From the NCBI GenBank assembly GCA_043734785.1, contig JAYTEX010000175.1:704-64703 (forward strand): 64,000 nucleotides of DNA, written 5' to 3'. This DNA comes from Pseudomonadota bacterium (GTDB taxonomy: Bacteria > Pseudomonadota > Gammaproteobacteria > Ga0077536). The notes under the pieces are model-generated. The model saw only the letters and a list, made by a program, of their open reading frames with translations, was not told where the DNA came from and made no database searches. The translations under genes were made by a program, and so were the position numbers. The stretch's first letter is position 1. The number at the start of each line of letters is the position of its first letter. Positions 20,864 to 29,082 of this stretch are shown piece after piece.

Positions 20864-21916
20864 ATGAAACCCTTCTACACGATGAGAGAAAACGCCGTGG
20901 CTACCATTCTAATCGACGGTCCCTACTTCGAAGAATTTACCAGCGGCCAGACGTTTGTCGCGCCGTCCATCACGGTCACCGATGGGCACGCGGCGGTGTA
21001 TGCCGCGTTGTTCGGTGATCGCATGCGTTTGCCGCTGGATCGGCACCTGTCACGTAAGGTCACGGGCGATCCACGTGGTCTGTGTCATCCGTATCTCGCG
21101 ATGCACCTCGCGGCGGGCCAGACGACTTATGCCTCGCAACATGTGAAAGGTAATCTGTTCTATCGCGGCGTGCTGCTACAGCGCCCCGTGTTCCTTGGTG
21201 ACTCGCTCTACACCACCACCAAGGTGGTGGGTCTGAAACAAAATAAAGCCAAAGCCGGGCGCGCCGCCACCGGCATGGTGGCGCTTGAAATGACCACAGT
21301 GAATCAGCGAGACGAAGTCGTACTGCATTTCTGGCGGTGTCCCATGATTGCTTGCAAAGACCCTGCGGCTTTGACTGGGCATAACGATAACTTTGATTGG
21401 ATGAAAAACACGTTCTCAATCGAGGAGCTGACTGGCGCGTTACCACAGCAGTGGAACCTCGCGCCGCTCGCCAGTGATCTCACGGGTTTAAAGTCACCGA
21501 CCGTGGCCGCGGGAGACGTGTTCGAAATCGCCCCCAAAGACACCGTGACCTGTGCGCCCGAGCTCGTGCGAATGTCGCTCAATATCGCCTACACCCATAC
21601 CGACGAGACACGGAGTTATCTGGGCCAGCGCCTGGTCTACGGGGGGCACACGATATCGCTCGCCCTGGCGCAGATCGGGCGCGCGCTGCCCAATCTGCTG
21701 CACATGGTGGCCTGGCGCCATTGTGATCACCTGGGCCCCGTGCTTGAAGGCGATTTGATCAGCAGCCGTTTCACGGTGGTGAGTTGTCATCCCGTGCAAA
21801 CCGGGGGCACGCTTTATGACCTGTCCGTAGAGGCTTCTGCGCACCGCAAGAACAAGAATGGCGAGATGCTAGGCGAGAAGGTACTCGATTGGGGCTTGGT
21901 GGTATGGGGAGCTTGA
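20864..21916 (+). CDS. MaoC-like (R)-specific enoyl-CoA hydratase/dehydratase, double hot-dog architecture
   Basis: Its roughly 350 aa hold two hot-dog halves, resembling mesaconyl-CoA/itaconyl-CoA hydratase-type proteins. Confidence 0.7.
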   Translation: MKPFYTMRENAVATILIDGPYFEEFTSGQTFVAPSITVTDGHAAVYAALFGDRMRLPLDRHLSRKVTGDPRGLCHPYLAMHLAAGQTTYASQHVKGNLFYRGVLLQRPVFLGDSLYTTTKVVGLKQNKAKAGRAATGMVALEMTTVNQRDEVVLHFWRCPMIACKDPAALTGHNDNFDWMKNTFSIEELTGALPQQWNLAPLASDLTGLKSPTVAAGDVFEIAPKDTVTCAPELVRMSLNIAYTHTDETRSYLGQRLVYGGHTISLALAQIGRALPNLLHMVAWRHCDHLGPVLEGDLISSRFTVVSCHPVQTGGTLYDLSVEASAHRKNKNGEMLGEKVLDWGLVVWGA

Positions 21917-22060
21917 GACGTCACATGGATCGCACAAGCCGCATGCGGATACCTCGAATTTTCAGTTGAACGGCGGGGCCTCGGCTTTCTTCTTGGTGCC
22001 CTGTTTGTGCTTGATAGTTACGCTTGACATATATAGGTGTACGGAGAATGATGGCTTTCG

Positions 22061-22345
22061 ATGGCAATCAAAACGTGGGCTTGTAACAGAACGGAATTGA
22101 TATTCAACGGCGGTAGTCCCGATATTGTTCCTCGCACCCTGTTGAAGCGAGCGCACGGGAAGCTTCTTATGCTGCATGCCGCAGTGGATTTGCGTGATTT
22201 ACGGGTACCCTCGGCGAATTGCCTTGAGAAGCTCCACGGCGACCGCGCCGGGCAATACAGCATCCGGATCAACAACCAATACCGGGTTTGTTTTTCGTGG
22301 CGCGGCGGCGATGCCTACCAAGTTGAAATCGCGGACTATCACTGA
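22061..22345 (+). CDS. higB: type II toxin HigB (RelE/ParE superfamily, plasmid-maintenance-system killer)
   Basis: ...GQYSIRINNQYRVCFSWRGGDAYQVEIADYH is the hallmark HigB C-terminus. The toxin precedes the antitoxin, which is the HigBA order. Confidence 0.85.
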   Translation: MAIKTWACNRTELIFNGGSPDIVPRTLLKRAHGKLLMLHAAVDLRDLRVPSANCLEKLHGDRAGQYSIRINNQYRVCFSWRGGDAYQVEIADYH

Positions 22346-22357
22346 GGAACTGATACC

Positions 22358-22648
22358 ATGCGCGCGCCCATCCATCCCGGCAAAATTCTTAAAACTGAAT
22401 TTTTGGACGAACTCGGACTCACCGCTTATGCGCTGGCCAAGGCGCTTCGCGTGCCCGCGAACCGTGTCACCGGGATCGTCAATGGTGATCGTGGCATCAC
22501 GGCGGATACCGCGCTGCGCTTGTCCCGGTACTTTGGCACGAGTCCGGAATTCTGGCTGAACCTTCAAGCGCACTACGATCTTTCCGTCGCCAAGCGGACT
22601 CTCGGCCAGAAGATCGAGCGGGAAGTGCCCGTCATGACGGCGGCGTAG
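22358..22648 (+). CDS. higA: type II antitoxin HigA (XRE-family HTH)
   Basis: HPGKILKTEFLDELGLTAYALAKALRVPANRVTGIVNGDRGITADTALRLSRYFGTSPEFWLNLQAHYDL matches the HigA/VapI HTH family. Confidence 0.85.
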   Translation: MRAPIHPGKILKTEFLDELGLTAYALAKALRVPANRVTGIVNGDRGITADTALRLSRYFGTSPEFWLNLQAHYDLSVAKRTLGQKIEREVPVMTAA

Positions 22649-22747
22649 GTACCTCACGCCGCACTCCGGTGATACCCTCTGTGAGCACGAAGCCAATGCC
22701 ATCGAACTTGCGAACTTGCCGCGTTGGCCGGATGCCGGCACAAAAGC

Positions 22748-23527
22748 TCACAGACTTGCCGTATGCCCGCCGTCCACCGTCATCAGGTTGCCATTCATAT
22801 AGCGTGACGCATCCGAGGCCAGGTAAATGAGCGCGCCATCCAGCTCCGAAGGCTCGCCGAAACGCTGGGCCGGGATCCGACTGCGTAGTCGCTCGCCAGC
22901 CGGTGTCTGCAACCATTCATCGTTCATCTCGGTCGTGAAATAGCCGGGCGCCAAGGCATTCACGCGAATGCCAGAAGACGCCAGATCCACGCACAAGTCG
23001 CGGCCCAGATTGATCAAGCCCGCCTTCGCAGCGGAGTAAGGCGCAAGATGCCCGATCGCGCGGATGCCAAGAACAGACGCGATATTGATGATGCTCGCGC
23101 CGCGCTTATCGGCCAACCGGCGCTTGATCACTTCTTGTGCGAGAACCCAGGGGCCACGCAGATTGGTCTCATACACCGTGTCCCACTGCTCGTCCGTGAG
23201 CTTCTGCGGCGCTTTCGGGATCGCAATACCAGCGTTGTTGACCAGCACATCGATCGGCGCAATCGCTTCAACCGCCGCCACGCAGGCGCGAATATTCTCG
23301 CGCTCGCGCACGTCCAACGCATAAACCTCGCAGCGCCCGCCCTCCGCACGCAACTCCACTGCCAGCGCTTCCAGCTTGGAAGTCCCGCGCGAACATAGCG
23401 CGACTCGCGCACCTGCCCTGGTCAAGGTGCGGGCAAAATGGCGGCCAAGGCCGCTGGACGCACCGGTGACCAGAATATGTTTGGCGGACAGATCGAACAC
23501 TGAAGTCAAAAACGTTTTCGGATCCAT
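22748..23527 (-). CDS. SDR-family short-chain dehydrogenase/reductase
   Basis: It has VTGASSGLGRHFARTL (the TGxxxGxG motif) and the YxxxK catalytic region YSAAKAG. Confidence 0.85.
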   Translation of the reverse strand: MDPKTFLTSVFDLSAKHILVTGASSGLGRHFARTLTRAGARVALCSRGTSKLEALAVELRAEGGRCEVYALDVRERENIRACVAAVEAIAPIDVLVNNAGIAIPKAPQKLTDEQWDTVYETNLRGPWVLAQEVIKRRLADKRGASIINIASVLGIRAIGHLAPYSAAKAGLINLGRDLCVDLASSGIRVNALAPGYFTTEMNDEWLQTPAGERLRSRIPAQRFGEPSELDGALIYLASDASRYMNGNLMTVDGGHTASL

Positions 23528-23555
23528 GGATTCCCTCGTGTATGCAAACCTAATT

Positions 23556-24045
23556 TAGTCGTCCCTGATCCGCCGAGTGACCGCGTCGTCGCGAATCTGA
23601 GTATCCGCGCGAGCGGGTCTACTCACTGTTGAGCTTCGCAAGCTCACCCCAACCTACCCGATCGGGTCAAGCTCACCCCAACAACCCGATCGGGTTTCGT
23701 GTCTGCGCGCGATTTTGCAAGCTTTCGCCCCGCTCAGCGGGCAGCGTGTTCAAGGTAGGTTGGGGTGAGCGCCGCGAACCCCAACATCCATTATTCGCCG
23801 AATCACCGCGTCGTCGCGAATCTGAGTATCCGCGCGTGCGGGTCTACTCACTGTTGGGCTTCGCAAGCTCACCCCAACCTACCCGATCGGGTCAAGCTCA
23901 CCCCAACAACCCGCTCGGGTTTCGTGTCTGCGCGCGATTTTGCAAGCTTTCGCTGCTCAACCCACAAATCTTCCAAAATCATCTCGCCACAATGCGAGCA
24001 GTTCCCTATTTCCACCGCGCAGAATGCTTTTTTCAGGGACGACTA
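23556..24045 (+). mobile_element. MITE-like element, copy 3 (dimeric/internally duplicated), with TIRs TAGTCGTCCCTGA...TCAGGGACGACTA
   Basis: The ends are at 23556 and 24045. It contains two tandem copies of the roughly 190-bp internal unit, each with 2 x 29-bp subrepeats. It lies 28 bp upstream of the SDR start codon. Confidence 0.75.
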
Positions 24046-24054
24046 ATTTAAACC

Positions 24055-24165
24055 TAGAAACCGAAGTTGACCGTTTAGAGATGTGAGCCAGCGTATGACT
24101 GGATTGAGGGTTGTCGTTCAAACCTGCGTCACTTTAGGGTGACCGTCGCTACGCGATGCGCCGAT
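24055..24165 (+). repeat. conserved non-coding element copy A (about 85% identical to 31797..31900), containing a short ORF MTGLRVVVQTCVTLG
   Basis: By-eye alignment: tagaaacc...gtgagc..gcgtatg.ctggattg.g.gt.gtcgttcaaa.ctgcgtcac.tta.gggtga.cg.cgctacgc is shared with the copy upstream of the LLM gene at 31916. Confidence 0.6.
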
Positions 24166-24228
24166 TAACTGAAATCTCTAGGATAATCGCTCCGGGCTTT
24201 CCAGGAAGACGGAATGAAATCGGCCCGC

Positions 24229-25503
24229 TCAACGCGCGCCAGTATTTAGCGCGCTAGGTTCAAAATCCTTCTGATCAACCCCTTTCGGATTGGTGATGGT
24301 GACCATCTGCAAGGTCGTGCAGTGTTTGTTCTGCAGATCGATGGCCGCAGAAGAATCCAGCATCGGCACCCCACTGCCCTTATTTTCAGCCAGATGATAA
24401 TCCGGGTGCGCCACGCCAGCCATCAGCAACTTCCAGAGCACCCCACCGCGGTCGTAGACCTTGCTGAAGATCGGCATGCTGGTTTGCGCATCCACATAGA
24501 AAACACGCTTGGATAACGGATGATCATCGCGCCGCGGCTTGCCTTCGAGAATATAGGCACGGCGTAACTGCCAGGTCACCTTCGGGAAACAACCGGATTG
24601 GCCGGTGAAATCGACAAAGTGGTAATCGTAGTGCCGCGCCTTGCGGGGGGAATGTTCAAGCAGATCGTGCCGGTACATCGGCAGCAGAATATAGGTAGCA
24701 CCGCGGAACGACCATTCCATGTCTTTCAAACGTCCGGAGTAGCCTAGAAAATCTTCGATCATGAGGTCGCTACCCAGGAAGGAATCGGTGCGCGCGGTGG
24801 TCGCCACTCGACGCACTCGGCGCAGATTCGGCACGTACATCCAACCCTGTTCCTCGGCGTTGTCATCACTGTTGTAGTAAATGAGTAGCTTGGTGCCTTC
24901 GACATCGGTCGGATCTTCTGCTTCCAAGGTGATAGCGCTGTAGATGGCGTAGGGGTTCCTTTCGAATGCGGGGAGCGGTTCGTTCACATGCCGGAACATG
25001 TACCGCATGCCCTGCGCATTGAAGGTCAAGGTGCGTTCTATGCTCTGGCTGTGCATGTCGCGATAGTCCCAATACATCTCAGGAATCGTCACACTGTCCG
25101 CGCCAAAGGCATAGCGCATGTTCCAGGCGAGGCGCTCGCCGGCACGCGGATCATCAACGCTCAATTCGCCCGGAAACGGTCGCCCGGCGGTGTAGTTCAA
25201 GATCTCACTAGGCTTCGAGCCAAGCGTCGTCTGGCCCTCATACTGCTGGGTCGCGGTCACAAAATTCGGATGCGGATCGAAGGACAGCGGCTCACCGACG
25301 GTGATGGTGTACCAGCCTTGCGCGATGAGATCCGCCAAGTCTGGATCGAGCACCTGCCGATACTGATCCAGACCTTCGGCGCTGATCACGGTGCCAGGCG
25401 GCGGCGAAAGCTCCTGGATTTGGACGAGATCAAGATCGAAATCGCCTGCCAGCGCCGGGATCGTCAACGCCACAAGCATCAAACCGGAAATGAGGTGGAC
25501 CAT
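24229..25503 (-). CDS. DUF1329-family periplasmic protein (paralogue 1), with signal peptide
   Basis: It has a signal peptide MVHLISGLMLVALTIPALA and NYTAGRPFPG and YVPNLRRVRRV...DSFLGSDLMIEDF motifs. These are shared with the paralogue at 27619..28995 (NYTAGRPFDP, YIPSLRRVRRISV...DSLLGTDHTLEDF) and are characteristic of DUF1329. Confidence 0.75.
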   Translation of the reverse strand: MVHLISGLMLVALTIPALAGDFDLDLVQIQELSPPPGTVISAEGLDQYRQVLDPDLADLIAQGWYTITVGEPLSFDPHPNFVTATQQYEGQTTLGSKPSEILNYTAGRPFPGELSVDDPRAGERLAWNMRYAFGADSVTIPEMYWDYRDMHSQSIERTLTFNAQGMRYMFRHVNEPLPAFERNPYAIYSAITLEAEDPTDVEGTKLLIYYNSDDNAEEQGWMYVPNLRRVRRVATTARTDSFLGSDLMIEDFLGYSGRLKDMEWSFRGATYILLPMYRHDLLEHSPRKARHYDYHFVDFTGQSGCFPKVTWQLRRAYILEGKPRRDDHPLSKRVFYVDAQTSMPIFSKVYDRGGVLWKLLMAGVAHPDYHLAENKGSGVPMLDSSAAIDLQNKHCTTLQMVTITNPKGVDQKDFEPSALNTGAR

Positions 25504-25623
25504 GTTGGACCGGGATCGGGAGGAAGAACTTAAGGCCATGGATGAATTTTCTCTTCTGAATTGCCACGTCGCTGCGTCAACGAGGGAGAGTCGACCATTC
25601 GCGCGCAGCGCCACCTCCAGACG

Positions 25624-26244
25624 TTACAACGCCAGCGAGGACAATGAATAAAACTTTTTAATCGCAGGCAAGGCCAAGGTCAAGGACGCCATCATCAGCG
25701 AATGCATCGGGCGCCCTTGTTCAATACATTGCAGAAAATCCTGCACATCGACGAGTTCAACTTCAAGATCTTCGTAGGTGTCCAGTTTGGGTTCGGCCAC
25801 CTTACGACAACCCGTGCCCAGAAACACATGCATCCGGTTGTCTTGTAACCCGGGGTTCGGATAGTGGTGGCCGAGGTAGGTCAGCCGGCTCACGCCATAT
25901 CCCGTTTCTTCCATGAGTTCGCGGCGCGCCGCGCTCTCGGGGGTCTCATCTTTGTTCTCTGGGTCGAGCGTGCCACCGGGAAACTCGTAGAAGCGCCGTT
26001 TGGCGGCGTGACGGTATTGATTGACCAGCACAATCTTGCCGTCGTCCGTGAGTGCGACCACATTCGCCCAGTCGACGAACTCCATGACGTAGTACGCCGG
26101 CATGATCCGTTCGTTCGGAAGCGCGCAGCGATCTTTGCGGAAACGGAAATACGGATGGCTGAACAATTCGTCCGAACTCAAAACCTCCCAGGAGGTCAGG
26201 CGCTGTTTCGGATCTGGGGTATCAGTCATGGTGATCCTATACAA
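25624..26244 (-). CDS. NUDIX hydrolase
   Basis: It has the Nudix box GGTLDPENKDETPESAARRELMEETG. Confidence 0.8.
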   Translation of the reverse strand: MYRITMTDTPDPKQRLTSWEVLSSDELFSHPYFRFRKDRCALPNERIMPAYYVMEFVDWANVVALTDDGKIVLVNQYRHAAKRRFYEFPGGTLDPENKDETPESAARRELMEETGYGVSRLTYLGHHYPNPGLQDNRMHVFLGTGCRKVAEPKLDTYEDLEVELVDVQDFLQCIEQGRPMHSLMMASLTLALPAIKKFYSLSSLAL

Positions 26245-26277
26245 GGTTGTTCAGCAACGGGTTCTGCGCGGGCGAGA

Positions 26278-27435
26278 TCAGGTTTCAACACCACCGACGA
26301 AGTTTCCGTCCGCTGAGTGGATGATAGCCCATGCAGCCATGGTGCGAATCCCTGGGTTCTGATCTTTAAGGAAAGTGCTGAGTTCAGGCACGGTCGAGGC
26401 GTCGCGTCGGTGGCCTATTAGCCATAAGGTCTGCAGGCGAACATCGGCATCCGTGTGCGCCAGTCCCCACTGATAAAGAAACCCGGCATCCCCACCGTTC
26501 CAGCCCCAGGATTCAAGCAGTCGCGTCGCTGTATCAGCCGGCAACGGGCAGCAGGTAATCAGGGTTTTAGTCACCTCGCGCGCTACCGCGAGCGGCAGGC
26601 GCCGAATCGCGCCAGCCATGACCGTCGCCTCCAGCGGCTTGCCATACGCGATTACGTTAATGAGCTTGGCGATCGCCACGTCGTCCTTAAGACCCGCGCT
26701 GCTGGCGATGGCAGCCAGCTTTACTCTACCGTCGAGGTCCTCGCTCGCCATCTGCGTGAGCGCGGCTTTAGAGGCAGCCGTATCGATGTGGCCCAGGGAC
26801 GCCGCCGCGACTTCGCGTTCATCACTGGTCTCGCCTGCATGCGCGATTGCGATGACCTCGCGCCCTATTTCGGCGCCATGGCCGTTCGAGGCCAGGGCGT
26901 AATAACCATAGGCACGAACGGTGGGCATTTCTTGTGGATTATCGGTGATGCGATGGACCGCTGCGTTGACCTCGTCGGTGTCGATCGTCGAGAGGGCTTG
27001 CAATGCGTTCTTTCGGACGTAGGCCTTATCCGAGGACAGTGCCTCAATAAGCACATCTTCGAGATCCCCGCGCGGCGTCGCCGCAAGAGATTCGATCATC
27101 AGGGTCAAGGTCACGCTGTCCTGCTCGGCCACCCGCATGATCATATCGACCCCGTTCGGATGGTTCGTGCTGAGCAGGGTGTCGATCGCCGAGCGCTTGA
27201 TCACGAAATCATTCGATGCCGCATACTTGGCCAACAGATCTAACGCTGCTTTGTCGCCGGTCTCCACCAGCGCACCCGCCGCGAGGATCTGGTCGTACAC
27301 ATCCTCGGAGGTGAGCTGACTGCGCGCCACGCGGATCGCGTCGTGGAGGGCGGTATCCGTTGGCGGCCGCTCATTCGCGCGGAGCGATCCGCTGATCAAG
27401 ATGCTTAGAAGCAGGACTGCAGCGATTTTTTTCAT
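26278..27435 (-). CDS. HEAT/PBS-lyase-type repeat protein with N-terminal signal peptide
   Basis: It has a signal peptide MKKIAAVLLLSILISGSLRA. It is Ala/Leu/Asp-rich with a repetitive helical pattern (DxxVRxxAxxAL-like repeats). Confidence 0.7.
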   Translation of the reverse strand: MKKIAAVLLLSILISGSLRANERPPTDTALHDAIRVARSQLTSEDVYDQILAAGALVETGDKAALDLLAKYAASNDFVIKRSAIDTLLSTNHPNGVDMIMRVAEQDSVTLTLMIESLAATPRGDLEDVLIEALSSDKAYVRKNALQALSTIDTDEVNAAVHRITDNPQEMPTVRAYGYYALASNGHGAEIGREVIAIAHAGETSDEREVAAASLGHIDTAASKAALTQMASEDLDGRVKLAAIASSAGLKDDVAIAKLINVIAYGKPLEATVMAGAIRRLPLAVAREVTKTLITCCPLPADTATRLLESWGWNGGDAGFLYQWGLAHTDADVRLQTLWLIGHRRDASTVPELSTFLKDQNPGIRTMAAWAIIHSADGNFVGGVET

Positions 27436-27552
27436 AGCGGGTTTCCAGCAAATTAAAAGAATCTGTGCCCGTTAGAGCCCCTCTCGAGACACTCGTTCCC
27501 CCTGCCTAGTACCGTCACCGAGAAAGCCTTGCCTTTATGCACAGTAGGCTCC

Positions 27553-27581
27553 ATAAAAAACGGGCCGCTGATGCGGCCCGC
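27553..27581 (-). terminator. rho-independent terminator after the DUF1329 paralogue 2 gene
   Basis: On the minus strand, gcGGGCCGCatcaGCGGCCCGttttttatgg gives an 8-bp GC stem, a 4-nt loop and a T6 run. It is 38 nt past the stop. Confidence 0.7.
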
Positions 27582-27618
27582 CTATTAAACAACGCAATCT
27601 AGGTGAGGAGCAAACCGC

Positions 27619-28995
27619 TTAGCGGCCTTCCGTCAGATAGTTCACATCAAGGGTCTTCTTCACATCCTTCAGCTCGGTGTCGGGATTGGCGATTCCACGG
27701 CAGGGCACCAAGGTGCCGCGATTGTTCTGGAGGTCGATCACATTGATGCTCTGGAAGGAGCTAACCTTCAGACCATCCGGCGTTGGGACGCCGCCAAAGT
27801 CGCCCGTCGCTTGCGCCTTGAACTGCGGATCGTCGGTGAACGCCTTCGTCAACTGCCACACCTTCCACAGCACGTTGGCCTTGTCGTAGCTGTTGGCGTA
27901 ATAGCATTCACCCGATTCACGATCAGCCGTCAGGAACTTCTGCGAATATGGGTGGCTAGAACGTTTCGGCGTTTGCTTGATGATGTCCACTTTGCGCAGC
28001 GCCCAATCGTCCAGCGGGATCCAGCCATTCGGGCCGTAGTAGATCGTGTGCGTGTTGCGCGATCGGGCTACCGCCAGCATGTTGGCGGTCCCCACATATT
28101 CCCACTCGTGCTCTAGCGGGCGACCGTTGAAGCAATAAAAATCTTCAAGGGTGTGGTCCGTACCGAGTAGCGAGTCGGATTTCACTTCCACCGAGATACG
28201 GCGGACTCGACGCAGGCTTGGAATGTACGCCCAGGAATCGTCTGATTTGCGCGGATCATCATAGCGCAGGATGAGGAACGCGGTGCCGGCAATGTCGAAG
28301 GGTGCGGTGAAGCCCGTGTATTCACGGAATTCAGTGTTCTTGGCAAAGCCTTCGCCGTTGTTCACTTTATAACCGGTTTCCGGCAGGTCGGAACGATGTG
28401 AAAACATCACCCGCTGGTAGGGGCCGGTCAGCACACGCTCAAAGCTGCCACCGCCGGTATAGAACGACGCGTATTTACCGCCCTGGTCAGTCATGACGTC
28501 ATGACCTGAATGCTCGCCGCCTGCGCGGACCCACACCCAGTGTATTTCACCGACGCGTATGCCATCGTTTTGCCAGCGGAAATTAAAGTTCCACGCCATC
28601 TTCGAGCCGTCTTCCTTGCTGCCCGGCGTGAAAGTGGCCGGGTCAAATGGACGACCGGCGGTGTAGTTTTCCATGGCGCCGTCAGCAGCAATGGTGGCCT
28701 GACCCGCGAATTTTTCGGTCGCCGCTTTGTAGACGTCTGGCGGCGAAATGTCGCCCGCGTCCTTGATCTTCATGTCCATGCCTTCGAAGATCACTTGGTC
28801 GGCTAATTCGGGCGGAATGAAGGGGCGGATCAGATCAGCCTTATCGAAGGTGATGGTATCCCCATCAATAAACTGAGGGGTCGCGCCCTCGTTAGCCTTG
28901 ACCCAGGCCAGGAAGTCTTCAGGGGTCGCCGCGCCGGCCACCAGCGGTTGCGCGGCAATCGCGGCCATTACGGCGCAGCGGATAGATTTATGCAT
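27619..28995 (-). CDS. DUF1329-family periplasmic protein (paralogue 2), with signal peptide
   Basis: It has a signal peptide MHKSIRCAVMAAIAAQPLVAGAA and the family motifs listed for paralogue 1. Confidence 0.8.
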   Translation of the reverse strand: MHKSIRCAVMAAIAAQPLVAGAATPEDFLAWVKANEGATPQFIDGDTITFDKADLIRPFIPPELADQVIFEGMDMKIKDAGDISPPDVYKAATEKFAGQATIAADGAMENYTAGRPFDPATFTPGSKEDGSKMAWNFNFRWQNDGIRVGEIHWVWVRAGGEHSGHDVMTDQGGKYASFYTGGGSFERVLTGPYQRVMFSHRSDLPETGYKVNNGEGFAKNTEFREYTGFTAPFDIAGTAFLILRYDDPRKSDDSWAYIPSLRRVRRISVEVKSDSLLGTDHTLEDFYCFNGRPLEHEWEYVGTANMLAVARSRNTHTIYYGPNGWIPLDDWALRKVDIIKQTPKRSSHPYSQKFLTADRESGECYYANSYDKANVLWKVWQLTKAFTDDPQFKAQATGDFGGVPTPDGLKVSSFQSINVIDLQNNRGTLVPCRGIANPDTELKDVKKTLDVNYLTEGR

Positions 28996-29038
28996 AGTAA
29001 GCTCCTCGCTCTCTCCTAGCTATTGAGTGCCCCTCCAG

Positions 29039-29074
29039 CTGGAATAAGTTCCAGCTGGAGGGGCGCGTGATATA
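29039..29074 (-). other. perfect 16-bp stem hairpin (GCCCCTCCAGCTGGAA-taag-TTCCAGCTGGAGGGGC) between the DUF1302 and DUF1329 genes
   Basis: A perfect inverted repeat with a 4-nt loop and no U-run. It lies between the DUF1302 stop (29083) and the DUF1329 start (28995). Confidence 0.6.
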
Positions 29075-29082
29075 TCTCGTTC

